DNA of 63,296 nt, filler included, from Choristocarpus tenellus KU-1152 (taxonomy: Eukaryota; Protista; Phaeophyceae), in NCBI GenBank assembly GCA_964200185.2. It is 12 parts of 12 records of this genome, joined end to end, with 100 filler letters (N's around TTAATTAATTAA, not from the genome) between each part and the next. Parts side by side here need not be neighbours in the genome. Positions count along the whole stretch, not along the records: positions 8,493 to 13,449 come from CAXNAD020012383.1; positions 13,550 to 16,210 come from CAXNAD020025872.1; positions 16,311 to 19,273 come from CAXNAD020023323.1; positions 19,374 to 24,365 come from CAXNAD020012251.1; 8 more parts are not named here. One strand, written 5' to 3'. Both the position numbers and the translations under genes were made by a program. The notes under the pieces were generated by a model that did not search any database, was not told where the DNA came from, and saw nothing but the letters and a program-made list of their open reading frames with translations. Shown here piece after piece: positions 9,567-21,920 of this stretch (positions are counted from its first letter, which is position 1; the number at the start of each line of letters is the position of its first letter).

Positions 9567-12221
9567 ATGAAGTTTGTCACGATTGGCATTGTCGTTGGAT
9601 CATTATGTATGGTTGTGGGCGACGAAGTGCCAGACATTTTGGAAAAGCACAACGAGAAAAGGTGATTGGTTGTCAAACACCATCGTACGGGATACAGCAT
9701 TGTTTCATTTTATTTAGAACATGTACGTGTTACACTCTACATTTTTCAACTAGACACAATGTATACATTATTTCAGGAACCTTTCCATCACTCAGCCTTC
9801 GACCTGACAGTTATCTTTCACAGGTGCCAACATGAGGCCGCTGATCTTACCCATAACTCCATTCTGGTTACTGGGTCTCAGGTATGTTTTCTTTCGCTTG
9901 GTTGAGTAGACTGTCTCAAGTTACATGCTCATACTCCAAATAGTTGAATATACCCACTAAACCTCGATTTGTACATGTCCGCTGGGGACCCTTCTTTTTG
10001 GAGTACCCGGTCGTCCACCCCCTTGATCATACCTCTAATTGCTATATTCTTTTTACATATGCAACAGCAATGGGCTACTCATCTCGCCACAACAAACGGC
10101 TGTTCCGGTCAAGTACACGATACCGGCAATTTTGGAGAAAATATTTTTGCTTGTGGCGCTTCCTCTCCAGATAGTTCTAATCCTTGTGCTACAGCGACAG
10201 CCGCGGTCGACAGCTGGTACAATGAGATACAATTCTATAACCAGGGTGATGAATTCTCACCTCAAACTGGGCACTTCACCCAGGTATGTGTCTGTCTTAA
10301 ATACTTCAAATAACTACAGTTGCAAGACAAGGAATTATGACCGCCAGCTATACCTATCTCAACTTGTCACATCTGAAACTTTAGGTTCAGTAAAACTTGA
10401 TTTACATCGAATTTTGACAACTAGTCACACTCCTCAATATCCGTTCAGGTGGTTTGGAAAGCAACTACGAGTGTTGGATGCGCAAGGTCTGATTATTGCC
10501 AGGGTACAGGGGATCTTGATAGTGCTTTCAACTGGATGTTTGTGGTTTGTCGCTACGACCCATCTGGCAACTTTGCTGGGCAGTTCAATGACCAAGTTAC
10601 TGCGGCTGCCTCCACTTGTAACGGTGGAGGAACTGGTGACCCTCACATGTCTGGTCTGAAAGGACAAAAGTTCGACTTCTCTGGAGTAAGTAACTCCTGG
10701 TATGCACTGGTCCATGACAAAAGGGTTAGCCTCAACATGCGTGTTACGGCTCCGGTTCCTGGCGTCGATCTCATCACATACATAACGGGGATCGGTATGG
10801 TCCTCACTGGTAATGATGGTGAAAATCACACTGTGGTCATTACCGTTGAGAATCCAGAAAACCTTCAACCAAAGTGCCCGAAGGAAGAGGTTCCATGTAT
10901 TGCGGACGGGGCTCTATCTGTAATCGTTGATGGTGACAAGGCTAGACTAGGGAAGGTGAGTTTAGATTTGTAGTTGTGGTTGCGGTGTGGACTTCAACTT
11001 CTTTCAAGATACTTCTAACCCAGTTCTGTTCATTCATGGCCAATGACTCAATCTAAGTTTAGTTGAAAAGGTATTGAGAGGCGATACTTTAGGCTGGATT
11101 TAATCAATTGAACTGGTGACAAAGTGAAACTACAAAGTATCCAAAGGTAGTCTTAAGCAGATTCTTCTTTGGCGTCCCGCTATGACATTTTGTAAGCTCT
11201 CATGAAGATATCGTACTGACTTTCACCGTCGCTATATTTTTTGTGCTACCACACCGTAGGTATCTCTTGGTGGTGGTGTTAGCATCGTTGCTGTCAACCT
11301 TCCTGGAGAGTGCCGGCCGTTTGGTTTTGAGCGATACTGGCTGGAGAAGTCGAAGCTGTCTGAACAGATCGTTGTGGATCAATCCCGACGCCTTTTCTCT
11401 GACGTGCCAATGGAGGATTGGATCCTGAATGAAACCAAACAAACAAACCCTGTTGAATGCGAGGAATACGTTCTTAAAGCAGCAGCGGACGGCACCTTAT
11501 TTGACTTGCAATCTGAGCACACCTCATTCCAGATAACATCGCCTGAGTTGTCCCTACGTATCAATCATGGGAAGATCCACCAAGTCGCAATGCGAGACCC
11601 AACTGACAAGTTCGACCTTCCGGATCACATAGCTTATCAGATGAACATCATCATTGAAGATATCACCCTGGATGAGTATCCTCAGGTATGCACTCTGTGG
11701 AAGAGAGTTGTTTGGTTTAGTACGGAAGGAGTATCTTACAATGTTTAGCCCCAATAGTAAATATATGTATAGATAATATTTGAAACTAATTTGATTAGCA
11801 TTTCTTGATCGAATCAGTATCAATGTTGTTGGTTAATACATGCAACAAACCTCAAGTGTGATCATGGCATTGTACCTCTTGACCGTTAGACTTGAATGTC
11901 TCAAAATAGTCGTCGTAGAGATGAGATTATAAGGGGAATATATTTACGTTCGAACAAGTTTTTTTCACTTCAACAAACATTTTTTGATAGTTAAATTGCA
12001 TAAATGAGCCTCATTGGAAATGTAAACTTTTGAACTCAAGTGATGATTTGGTGCTCTACTGCAAACATTGAACCGTGCAGGGTATTTTGGGCGAAACTGT
12101 TCATCCAACCGTGAATGAGATGGGGGACTTTATCATGGCAGGACCCAGAGTTATTCGTGGGGAGGAAGAAGACTATGTAGTGGCAGACCCTCTTGCAATG
12201 GGCTTTATCCTTCGCCTGTGA
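9567..12221 (+). CDS. Secreted CAP (SCP/PR-1) protein fused to a GDPH/vWD-root-cap-like domain, ~480 aa, complete
   Basis: Phase-consistent GT-AG exons 9567-9661, 9824-9881, 10068-10283, 10449-10955, 11260-11685 and 12081-12221. Signal-peptide-like MKFVTIGIVVGSLCMVVG; CAP motifs HNEKRCQH, GENIF, AVDSWYNE, GHFTQVVWKATTSVGCA, VVCRYDPSGNF; then GDPHMSGLKGQKFDFSG ... GILGETV...IRGEEEDYVVADPL. Confidence 0.92.
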
Positions 12222-12815
12222 ATGATATCGTCGCCAGCAACTGCTTTGTACAACTACCTACACTATGTGCAAAGAGTGAATCAAGTAGTGAAGAGTTGAG
12301 CCCATACTAAGTCGAGTGAGAACTGATATGCTGCACACCTTGGAGAATCGTTTGCAGTCTCAAAGTTTAAATCTTCAGAGCAAAGGCGGTTGTTTTCCTT
12401 CTGGGTATTATTCATTGTCAGTTTTTGCAGGAGGTATTAGTAATTTTTACATATTTGCATTAGAATCAAGGGGTTAAGTTCCCCCCCCCTCTGACATCCA
12501 ACTCAATCTCTTCGAATCCTAGAAGGTGTGTATATGGAAGAGTTTATTTTGAGACACTTTTTTTTAGTGGCATGCTACTACTCTACGTGTGTGCAACAAG
12601 GTGCTTGCAAAACTACTACAATGGTGTCTCGACAGGTTTCACCTTTGTAGTATGGGAAAATGGATTATTGCCATTCACTAGGTGGACGTTTTAGTTCTGG
12701 ATACTGCAATGAAGTAGGAACATAGGTTCGAGTCATAGATCAAAATACCTAGATGCAAGTTGCTTTCAGTTTAGCTCTACTTTGTGCCTTTCACCGAAAC
12801 AAAGGTTCTGTTAGA

Positions 12816-13080
12816 GAGTGAAAGCATCTTAGAGGATATGATTTTTCCCCCGTTTGTCCATTTCAGGCTTGGCTTCCCATGGTCTCTTTTTATGACATTT
12901 TTCTACTTGAAAAATGTTTGGAGTAGGTAAAATGTGTATTTTATGAAACGGTTTGTCCGGAATGAGGATATTGACACTTCCTAACAAACATGATAGCCAA
13001 AGCAAACCAAAATCGCAATCGCAACATTGGATGTTGAACCCCAAATGGACGCGTCTATATTCTCAAAAATACTTTAGCTC
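12816..13080 (+). mobile_element. MITE subfamily A copy
   Basis: GAGTGAAAGCATCTTAGAGG ... AAAATACTTTAGCTC; internal sequence collinear with the other A copies. Confidence 0.85.
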
Positions 13081-13420
13081 AGACCAGATTAGAGAAGGCA
13101 TCATATCTTTTTCAAAGATACAGCATCGACACATAATTCTCTAGCATCACCATCCATGCAGACTTCGGAAATGGTATGATGTGTTCAAATCTGAATCGAG
13201 CAAAGGGGGATTGAGTGAGGCTCATAACCTGTTGAAATCTGAATTGAATGGTTCTTTCGTGTGCAAAGGAGGGCATCATGGCACCTAAAGCTCCGGTGAA
13301 TATATTCTGCGCTGCAACTGGAGATATTGCTTGATCAGTCAGGAAATGGATATGATGTGTATTGTATGTTCCTCCTTGATTCACTCAAAGGAAGAAATGC
13401 ATACTCTAAGAAGAGGCTAT

Positions 13421-13449
13421 GGCTCAAAGTATCTGGGAGGGGGTGGCGG
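13421..13449 (+). mobile_element. MITE subfamily B end truncated by gap (other isolated ends near 13600-13630, 18280-18309, 19242-19273, 24466-24529, 60100-60132)
   Basis: GGCTCAAAGTATCTGGGAGGGGGTGGCGG, or the reverse-complement CCCC-AGATACTTTG end motif at the listed positions. Confidence 0.7.
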
Positions 13450-14618
13450 NNNNNNNNNNNNNNNNNNNNNNNNNNNNNNNNNNNNNNNNNNNNTTAATTA
13501 ATTAANNNNNNNNNNNNNNNNNNNNNNNNNNNNNNNNNNNNNNNNNNNNACACAACCCAAAAAAAGAAAACAAAAGGATCTAACCCATCGTCGCATAGGC
13601 CTCCCCCCCCCCCCCCAGATACTTTGATCCAGGGTTGACACAATTTAGTCTTAGAGTGTAGTAGTTTGTAGGATTATTTTTAGCTTGAGCTATTTTATGG
13701 TGCTCTACATCAAAATAGTATTGTGCTATTTTTCAAAGTAGTTTGAATTACTACTTTTTAAAAATCCTGTAGTGATGTAATTGTTGAAATTTTCAATTTC
13801 GATATATATATTTTCATTAAAAAAAATAAATGTGTACTAGGTTGTGTCATACTTGATACATGATCAGTCCTAGTTTTTTATTTTGAATTCACCACGTAAT
13901 TACCTACTTTGGTTTTGCACTCAACCCAATCACGCCTGCAGTGTATCAAAACCTGAGATGAACTACTGTTGTAGACAAGGCACTAAATATTGTTCCTCAC
14001 AACCCAACAATTCCTATGTATTTTTACTCCAAAGTGAAACTCTTACTGGAAGAATAAAAAGATGTACTATATAATTGAATGTTTTGATGTACTTCCATAT
14101 TTTTTTTGTTGTAATTTTATTTTTTGTGCAAGGCCAGGTGGTGCTCCACAGGATATGCTTCCTGCCACAAAAATTATTTTCTTTTTGGGGGTCATTTTAA
14201 GGAGAAGGGAGTTCTCGTAAAACGTTTGTAGGGTTTTAGAGTGATGATCATTTTTTATTTTTATTGAAGGGTGTCCTTGCTCAGGCTGTTGGCACAACAC
14301 CCTAACCCTCAGCTACTGGGAATGAAATGTCGCACTTGCTGGAATTTAACTTTCAAGGTGAAATTTCTGAGCAAAAAGCGGCAATGTTCTTCTTGGTTAA
14401 GAACAACCCCTTGCCTCACACAAAAGCCTCTTTCACCCTCATTCCCTACTAACCCTAACCCTAACCCTGTACCATCCCCAGTGTCCTTTGTCCATAGTCA
14501 CCCTCATTTGGCAATCCTCTTACCTTAGCCTTACTCATTGCCGACCTTTTTTTCATCTTATCCCCCTCTTCTCCTACCCCCCCTCCCCCTTCCCCCCACA
14601 TCCACTGTGCTGTGGAAG

Positions 14619-14985
14619 GTACAATATTGAGGAAGATGTGGTGAGTGTCAAACCAGTAAGACCACAAAACACAAGGCCTGGGTGGGCAGCTGCAGCAGCA
14701 TCTGCTGCAGCTGCCTCTGCGGGGTCATCTGCTGGGGCATCACCTTACGGGAACAATGGCTCCGGAGCAGGTCAGGGGAGCTACAGGGGATACGGGAACT
14801 ATGGGGGAGCATCAAATGGCTACAGTGATGCAGGAGCAGGAATGGCAATGGCTGTGGCTCCAGCACCAGCTGGAATGGCACCACCACTCCCCCCTCCAAA
14901 GCCACCATCAGTGCCAAGGGCAAGTGTGCTATATGATTATGATCCTGCTGGACAACCAGGGATGGTAGCAGTAACAGCAGGACAG
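14619..14985 (+). CDS. Internal exon of a protein with a Gly/Ala/Pro-rich linker and the start of an SH3 domain
   Basis: AAG acceptor and GTGAGG donor; PPPLPPPKPPSVPRASVLYDYDPAGQPGMVAVTAGQ matches the SH3 start (A.ALYDY...L....G). Other exons not located. Confidence 0.75.
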
Positions 14986-16127
14986 GTGAGGAGGGTACAT
15001 GATAGGTGGTCTATGATAGGGGGGTGGGCAGGTAGGCCCTATTGGAGGGGATAAATGAAATTTATGTTGTATGTTTTTGGGAGGATGGAAAGACAGTGTA
15101 TACCAATGTACAAAATGTAACATATATATATATATACGTATTGGTTGCCTGATGGTGGTTTGTGCCCGTAGTTTTTTTATAGTATGATTTTTTTTATTTT
15201 TTTTTCTATTAATTCTTTTTCTTTTCATACTCCAAAGTATAGTAATAACAATAATAATAATATTTTAAAATGGCGTTACAAATATATTGTCTTTTTTGTG
15301 GGTTGGTATGGTTATAATAGGTGCAAAATATAAATAAATAAATAAATAGACACTTATTCACTTTCTGTAAAAGCAATTGTACTTCCAGTGTGTTATCAGG
15401 GTGTTGCTGCTTGTTATTCTGGTGCTGATTGGAAACAATATCCTGACATAAGTGTTGTGACAGAACTACTTAGTTGCACTATGTTCCCTAAACTGTGTTG
15501 TTCCTCATTCTGTGAGGGTTTGAAGCTTGGGGGATTATTTTCAATCACAGAGTGGGCTCGGTTACACCCTCCCAATTTTTGTATATGGGCATTAAGTAGG
15601 ATTTTGGGTCGGTGGGGGCTATTGATTGCCAGAGTGGGATGGTTTTGGATTTGTGATCTTTCGTTTGAGTTGAAAATTGACATGATAAGGTATATGTGAT
15701 ATTTATTGACAGATTATTTGATGTCAAGATTGGTGGGTTGAAGATGTTTGATTGGCCAGTTGTGTGCCTGTACTATGGGTGTATTTCGATTTTTTTTTTC
15801 TGTGTCTTGGCCTACACTTTTTTATTATCTTTGTTGTTGCTAGTTGGCAGGTAGGCGATGTATGAGAGAGTTGATTCATTGAGCTCTAGTAGATAGTACC
15901 TTTGTTTTGATCAGGTGTTTGTGTAAGATCATTATTTTGTATACTATTCCACTATTGACATGTTTTCAACAAAAAATCGAAGTGTGTTTTGATTTTTTTT
16001 TAATGATGATTTGTTTTCATAGTACTATACAATAAACTATGCAATAGTCATTCATAGTACTATACAATAATCGTATCACAATTGGTATGGACACTGTAGA
16101 GTATGAATATCTTTGCCTTCAATGAAA

Positions 16128-16177
<50 letters not shown>

Positions 16178-16752
16178 TTCCTCCTTCCTTCTTTTGCCTC
16201 TTCCTCCTCTNNNNNNNNNNNNNNNNNNNNNNNNNNNNNNNNNNNNNNNNNNNNTTAATTAATTAANNNNNNNNNNNNNNNNNNNNNNNNNNNNNNNNNN
16301 NNNNNNNNNNGGGTTGGGGGGGGGGGGAGGGGGGGAGGTGGAAGAGAGGGTAAAAAAAACACAATAAAAGAGTTGGGGATAGTGCCATCACCCCAAGATT
16401 CCTGGACTATCAAGCAGAGTCCACCATGCACTCTACAGGATTCAAATCTTATAAGAACCTATCCATCCATCCATCCATCCATCCATCCCCTCTATTTCAC
16501 ACCTACAATTCTTCCTGATTAAAAAAAAAACTCCAAAAGTACCCAGCATGAAAAAGCAAAAATAAACACTATCCTCCTCGATGCTATTCACACCTATATT
16601 CATCCATCGTCCAGGCACCTGACAACACCTAGAGTCGTTCGAAATAGAGACAGTGCAACAAAATCAATAGCAAAGAAACAAAAAACAAAAAGAAAAAACA
16701 TGTTGAACAAACGCCTTCAGCAGCCCCCACATGTACATCGACAGTATACCTC

Positions 16753-16790
<38 letters not shown>

Positions 16791-17335
16791 CCGTCCACCA
16801 ATCTTTTGAAATACGATGTTGACGGAAATGTCCAAATCACCCTCCAAACCGTCATTGATTCTGTCCTTAAATACACTTACTGTTTCCTGACTCCATCCAC
16901 CTGTCCTATCTCCTATCCACTACTCCAAACCTACTTCACCGACAGAGTAACCCACACTTGTAAACAAAACAAAAAACGAGAAAAAGATCGATGCTAAGAG
17001 CTAGCTATTCCTAATTATTCAACATCTCCAGGAATAACTCCATCACTAATTTTTTCGCTTATTTTTTTGTTATAAATATATATTTTATCCCCTAATATTT
17101 TAAGATAAATTGATTAATACTACTCTATATTTACCTACCGATAAATATCTGTGAAGTACTGATAATGAGAGCCTTTCTTATACAATTTGATAATTGAGGG
17201 ATTTGTCTTAATAACCTGGTAAAAAACATTGGCAACGTCGTAATCTTGAGAAAGAGTTAAAAGAAATAATAATTTAACTGCCTAGCTCAACACAACATGA
17301 TTCATACCACCGAAAAGAGGGAAGAGCGTATACAC

Positions 17336-17469
17336 TAACCCTAACCCTAACCCTAACCCTAACCTCCAACCCTAAACTGTGGTCCTCGATGGCTAGGTTA
17401 CCTTGAAACTAAACTGCCTTTGAGGTGTACACACATTGAGTGTCGCAGATAACTCTAACCCTAACCCTA
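17336..17469 (+). repeat. Interstitial telomere-like (CCCTAA)n tracts
   Basis: CTAACCCTAACCCTAACCCTAACCCTAACC at ~17336-17374 and CTAACCCTAACCCT at ~17455-17469. Similar tracts at ~14445-14468, 27960-27987 and 28686-28721. Confidence 0.85.
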
Positions 17470-17570
17470 TTGCCTAACAATAAAGTGACAACGATCCCAC
17501 AACCGATTTTCTGTTCAACAGCCACAACAGACTCATATTGAGAGATAACCGCACTAACTTCAGGCATGGG

Positions 17571-17738
17571 CATGGAGTGTATATCATGGAGTGTATATCA
17601 TGGAGTGTATATCATGCAGCGTACATCATGGAGTGTATATCATGGAGTGTATATCATGGAGTGTACATCATGGAGTGTATATCATGGAGTGTATATCATG
17701 GAGTGTATATCATGGAGTGTACATCATGGAGTGTACAT
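17571..17738. repeat. 14-bp minisatellite (CATGGAGTGTAYAT) x12
   Basis: Directly visible tandem array; it explains the repetitive ORFs 17538..18083 and 17591..17917. Confidence 0.95.
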
Positions 17739-18437
17739 CTGAGAAGGGTCAAAAGGGTCATAAAACCAAGGAGGGCCAGAAAAGGGGGACCAAAATCAAC
17801 CCCCCTTCTCAGAATAATATTTTCTCACTCCATACAACTACCCAAAAAAAAAACGTCACGCAAAGCCCTAACCCTAACACAAGAAAAAAAGAAGAAAACA
17901 AAATGTTCTCACCATGACAGGCTTTCCCCTTCCCTCGATCCAATTCCTCGAAGACGCCTTCCTATCCGTGTACTTATTGCTAGACAGACACAGCACCCGA
18001 GCAACAGGAAAACGCCTGACTATGGCCATCATCGCTGCCTCACAGCCCTTGCTCACAACGTTCATCCCCATTGCCTCTCCTAAAAGACAAAGTAAAGACA
18101 AAGTAAAGTAAAGACAACCAATGAAGAAGGGGCCACAGTAGTAAGTAAGACAGGTGATGCCATGGAAGAGAGACCATTCAGTACATTTTCTCCTACAGAC
18201 ACAGCAAGCCCCCAAAACAGGTTTAATAGACGGGCATCATACTTCAAAAACTCCAAAAAAGGCATGTATCAAGAGCATTACCTCCCCCCCCCCCAGAAAC
18301 TTTGGGTCTCATCATACAATACTCCGAAAATAGTTCACTCTTCCAACCACTTCTGGTGACTGCATTATAAAAGAACATAGTACTTCATTCTGTACTGTTT
18401 ATTAAAGACAAGTAACCTATGAATATATACATATCTG

Positions 18438-18509
18438 TCCCTCGTAGTCCAACGGTTAGGATATCTGACTCTCACTCAGGAGACCCGGGTTCGACTCCCG
18501 GCGAGGGAG
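18438..18509 (+). tRNA. tRNA-Glu (anticodon CTC)
   Basis: Acceptor stem TCCCTCG/CGAGGGA, D arm GTCC-AACGGTTA-GGAT, anticodon arm TCTGA-CTCTCAC-TCAGG, T arm CCGGG-TTCGACT-CCCGG; 72 nt. Confidence 0.95.
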
Positions 18510-21213
18510 ATTATTCTTGGTGAAAAGCGAAATATTCTGAGTTTAGAATAGACTTACCTCTTTTATTCTCACACGAAGACCCCTGTTTTTCTTGTTTTAG
18601 GAAACTAAAATCACCTCCTTCTACTCTTCTCTAGCAGACCTGGCGACGGCAGTAGTGTGCTGGTCTAGGAAGCGCCGTAGGACCTGAATTACAAGTCCCC
18701 ACTCATCCAAGGTTATGCATGTCCCTCATCCATGTGAAAGAACTTGTGTTGGTATTTGTTAGTAGCAACAGGGTGTAAACTGCATAAAGTTGGTTGTGAA
18801 TGCTCCTAGATGCTTCATATGGCTATTAGTGCACTACTCTACAATATGCCCAATACATCGGAGGATCTTCTGTACGTACATGAACATTTGTATTCACCAT
18901 AGATGCAGAGCTTGCAAGCAAGTCCATTGATTGTCCTGTGTTTGCCTAATTTACTTCTCCCCAATATTGTTGGCACTTGGGAACCAATTACACCCCCAAG
19001 GGGGTTGATACGACAAATGTCTGCCAGTAATGGAATTATTCGACCCTCTGAGCCCATGAATTGATTGGCATAAGGACAAATGAGAGTACATTTTTCTGGA
19101 GGGCATCAACGTTTCGTGACCACATGCATTCCACCAGCTGGAAAATGCCTCCTCCCTTACTACAGTATTGAGTCAAATCAACTGAGATGTAGGTAGGGTT
19201 GCATTTTAAGGATGCTCAGAAAGGGCCAAATATGCCCTTTTGAACCAAAGTATCTGGGGGAGGGGGGGGGGACNNNNNNNNNNNNNNNNNNNNNNNNNNN
19301 NNNNNNNNNNNNNNNNNTTAATTAATTAANNNNNNNNNNNNNNNNNNNNNNNNNNNNNNNNNNNNNNNNNNNNACCACGGTATAACGGTATATGACATAC
19401 GGCAAAACGGTATAATAACAGACAAACATGCTTTCCACATAATCTATGCAACAAATAATATATTTTTCTGATGAGCATTGATGGGTGGTAATGGCTGACT
19501 TTCATGTCGCTCATCATAATAACCACACATAGATTACTGCGAGCCATCAAGGGGTAGAGGTCCAGCGTCGAGAGCACAATGTGTACTGATCGCTCATTTT
19601 AAATAAGCAGCATTAGTAGCAATAGTGGGAGTGGCAGTTACAGTGGCAATATTGTTAGCACCACACATCAAACAAGAGGCCATCCCCATCCACGATGATA
19701 GATCTTCCTGATGATGGCCTGTTCAAAAACTCAGTTGTTGAGAGGGGTCAGTCTAACAAATCTGCTGATGGTGTAACTATTAATAGTGTGAGTTGGAGTA
19801 TGACCAATGGTGGTCGATGTGCGCTTGGGGAACAGGAATATACAATGTTGGACATGATAGGATTGAGAAAACGGCCAAACAGTGAGATGTCTCCTGTATT
19901 GAAGTACTTCGAGATCTTGGCCACAAAGAAGAAGGGAAAGCACAATGTGAGACTAGCCTTGTCGACCTAATGCTTGAAGTCTGCGGAAGTGTGTGTGGTA
20001 GGAAAAGGTGCTCACTGCCCGTAAAATTCCTCACTATCAAGGGGACAGTCGCAGTGCAGTATTCAAAAATGCAACAATAGTGAGGTCAGGTTGAAAGCAC
20101 AAAGCAGCCCTCGGTACCCCTCCTTTAAATACTCCCTGAATGGATCCTCCAACTTTTCGACAGTGTACTCCTTCACCTCCATAATCAAGGTGCAGAAGCC
20201 TGTTGGAGGTTGTGCGCATCAGAGATGCAGCTAGTAAGGAGACTGTGTAAACATTACGACCGACTCCCATGTTCTACCTTGCTGATTTTGGATTTTTGCT
20301 CAGGAGGCAGAGAAAGAGTAATAGCTGTTGAATACTTGGTATTTGTCACTGTATCCTTTGAAGTATTGTACTTCATAGTGTTATGTGAACCTAATTTTTC
20401 CGGATACATTTCCATAAAAACATCAAATCAACATTTTGAACTACCCACATAACCTACGACAAACAAATATAGTATTACCAAGTCGTACTCACAGAGCATT
20501 TCCATTGCAGTATGTTCAAAACAGGGCTAGGACATCACCTAGTCTGGTCATACCCTCGGACAGTCTTGGGTTCAGACTTGATAAGACATGTTATGTACTA
20601 CAATAAGAGCAATCCTAGTGTGCTGTACACATTCAGTATGTCACATGGCGGTGATCGTCTGTACATAGCACCCTTAATATATTGTCTACACTATACCCAC
20701 CCCCTGACTAATCCGCATGTCAGTTGGTTGCCGTGGTCCAGTCAGTTGGTCCCATTAATGGCCCGTTGAAAAGCTTTGGGTTCACCCCAGCAATGAGCGT
20801 TCGGTGGGTAGTAAGTTTATCAGGCACATGTACCTTTGCCAGTCCCAGACAAGGCTGTTGCTCGTTCTTAAATTCTTCCACTACAACTACCACAAAGGGA
20901 AAGGTCTATGCACCCAACACAAACACCAACATTCTGTCTGTGGCATCAATGCCAACAAGAGCGCCAAATTGAGGTGTTTCCCTGACTTACCAATTATACT
21001 TCACTGTACAATAATAATAATAATAATAATAACAACAACAAGAAAATGGTTGCAAGAAAGTCACAACATCCCGAACACTAAGCCCTGAAATGTACAAGAG
21101 TGGTGGGAATATACATTTACAGCATCACTTCGGTACTGGGACAGCGTTTCAGCACAGCAGCCACCACTGCTGCCCATGGATACGACTTCATTCAAAGCGC
21201 GCCATTGTCACCC

Positions 21214-21862
21214 TCAAGACCTCCTTCTCGTCTTGATAACACGGCCCCTACCAGCAACACTTCCTCCAGTTCCACCTGTCCCACCAACGGAGGAGCCCCC
21301 TTCGGCATCGCCCCGCAGGCGAATGTGAAGAGACGACGACGGCCTCTTTCTGCCGGCACGCCTTTCCCAACGTGGTACACCTCCATCTCCATCCTCGCCA
21401 TCCACCCTTCTCACAAAAGGAGGCGGAGCTGCCCCGCTCGCCTGGGTCATTTCTGGCTTGTTGATGTTATAATCATGTCTTAGACCTACCTCACCCTTCC
21501 CTTCATCTATCCTTAGGTCTAGGTACCGACACGTAACACCATTCACAGCGTTGCGAGCAGACAGGGCACGCCTGAGCAGCTGAATCGATACCTGATGATC
21601 CCCTGCAGGAGGAAGGAGACTCCCCCCTCCCCCCCCCCTGCCCTGACTGCCACTCAACGGCTGACAAGGTTCGGGGTCTCCATCAAAACGAATCCCACTC
21701 AGTGTTCGAATCCAATCCTGGAGTAGAGGGACAAACCTGCGGTCAACGGAGAGGATGTGCGTAAAATCGCGAGGCGTTCACCAACAGAAGGGCCACATGT
21801 TCAGCAAGAAAGGAGGGGGAGGGGGGGGGGGGGGGGGGGGGGGGGTGGGGGAGGTGCGGCGG

Positions 21863-21920
<58 letters not shown>

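Noticed and set aside
17538-18083. Repeat-protein ORFs (HGVYIMECISWSVY)n
   Set aside because: They are translations of a 14-bp minisatellite that is open in several frames.
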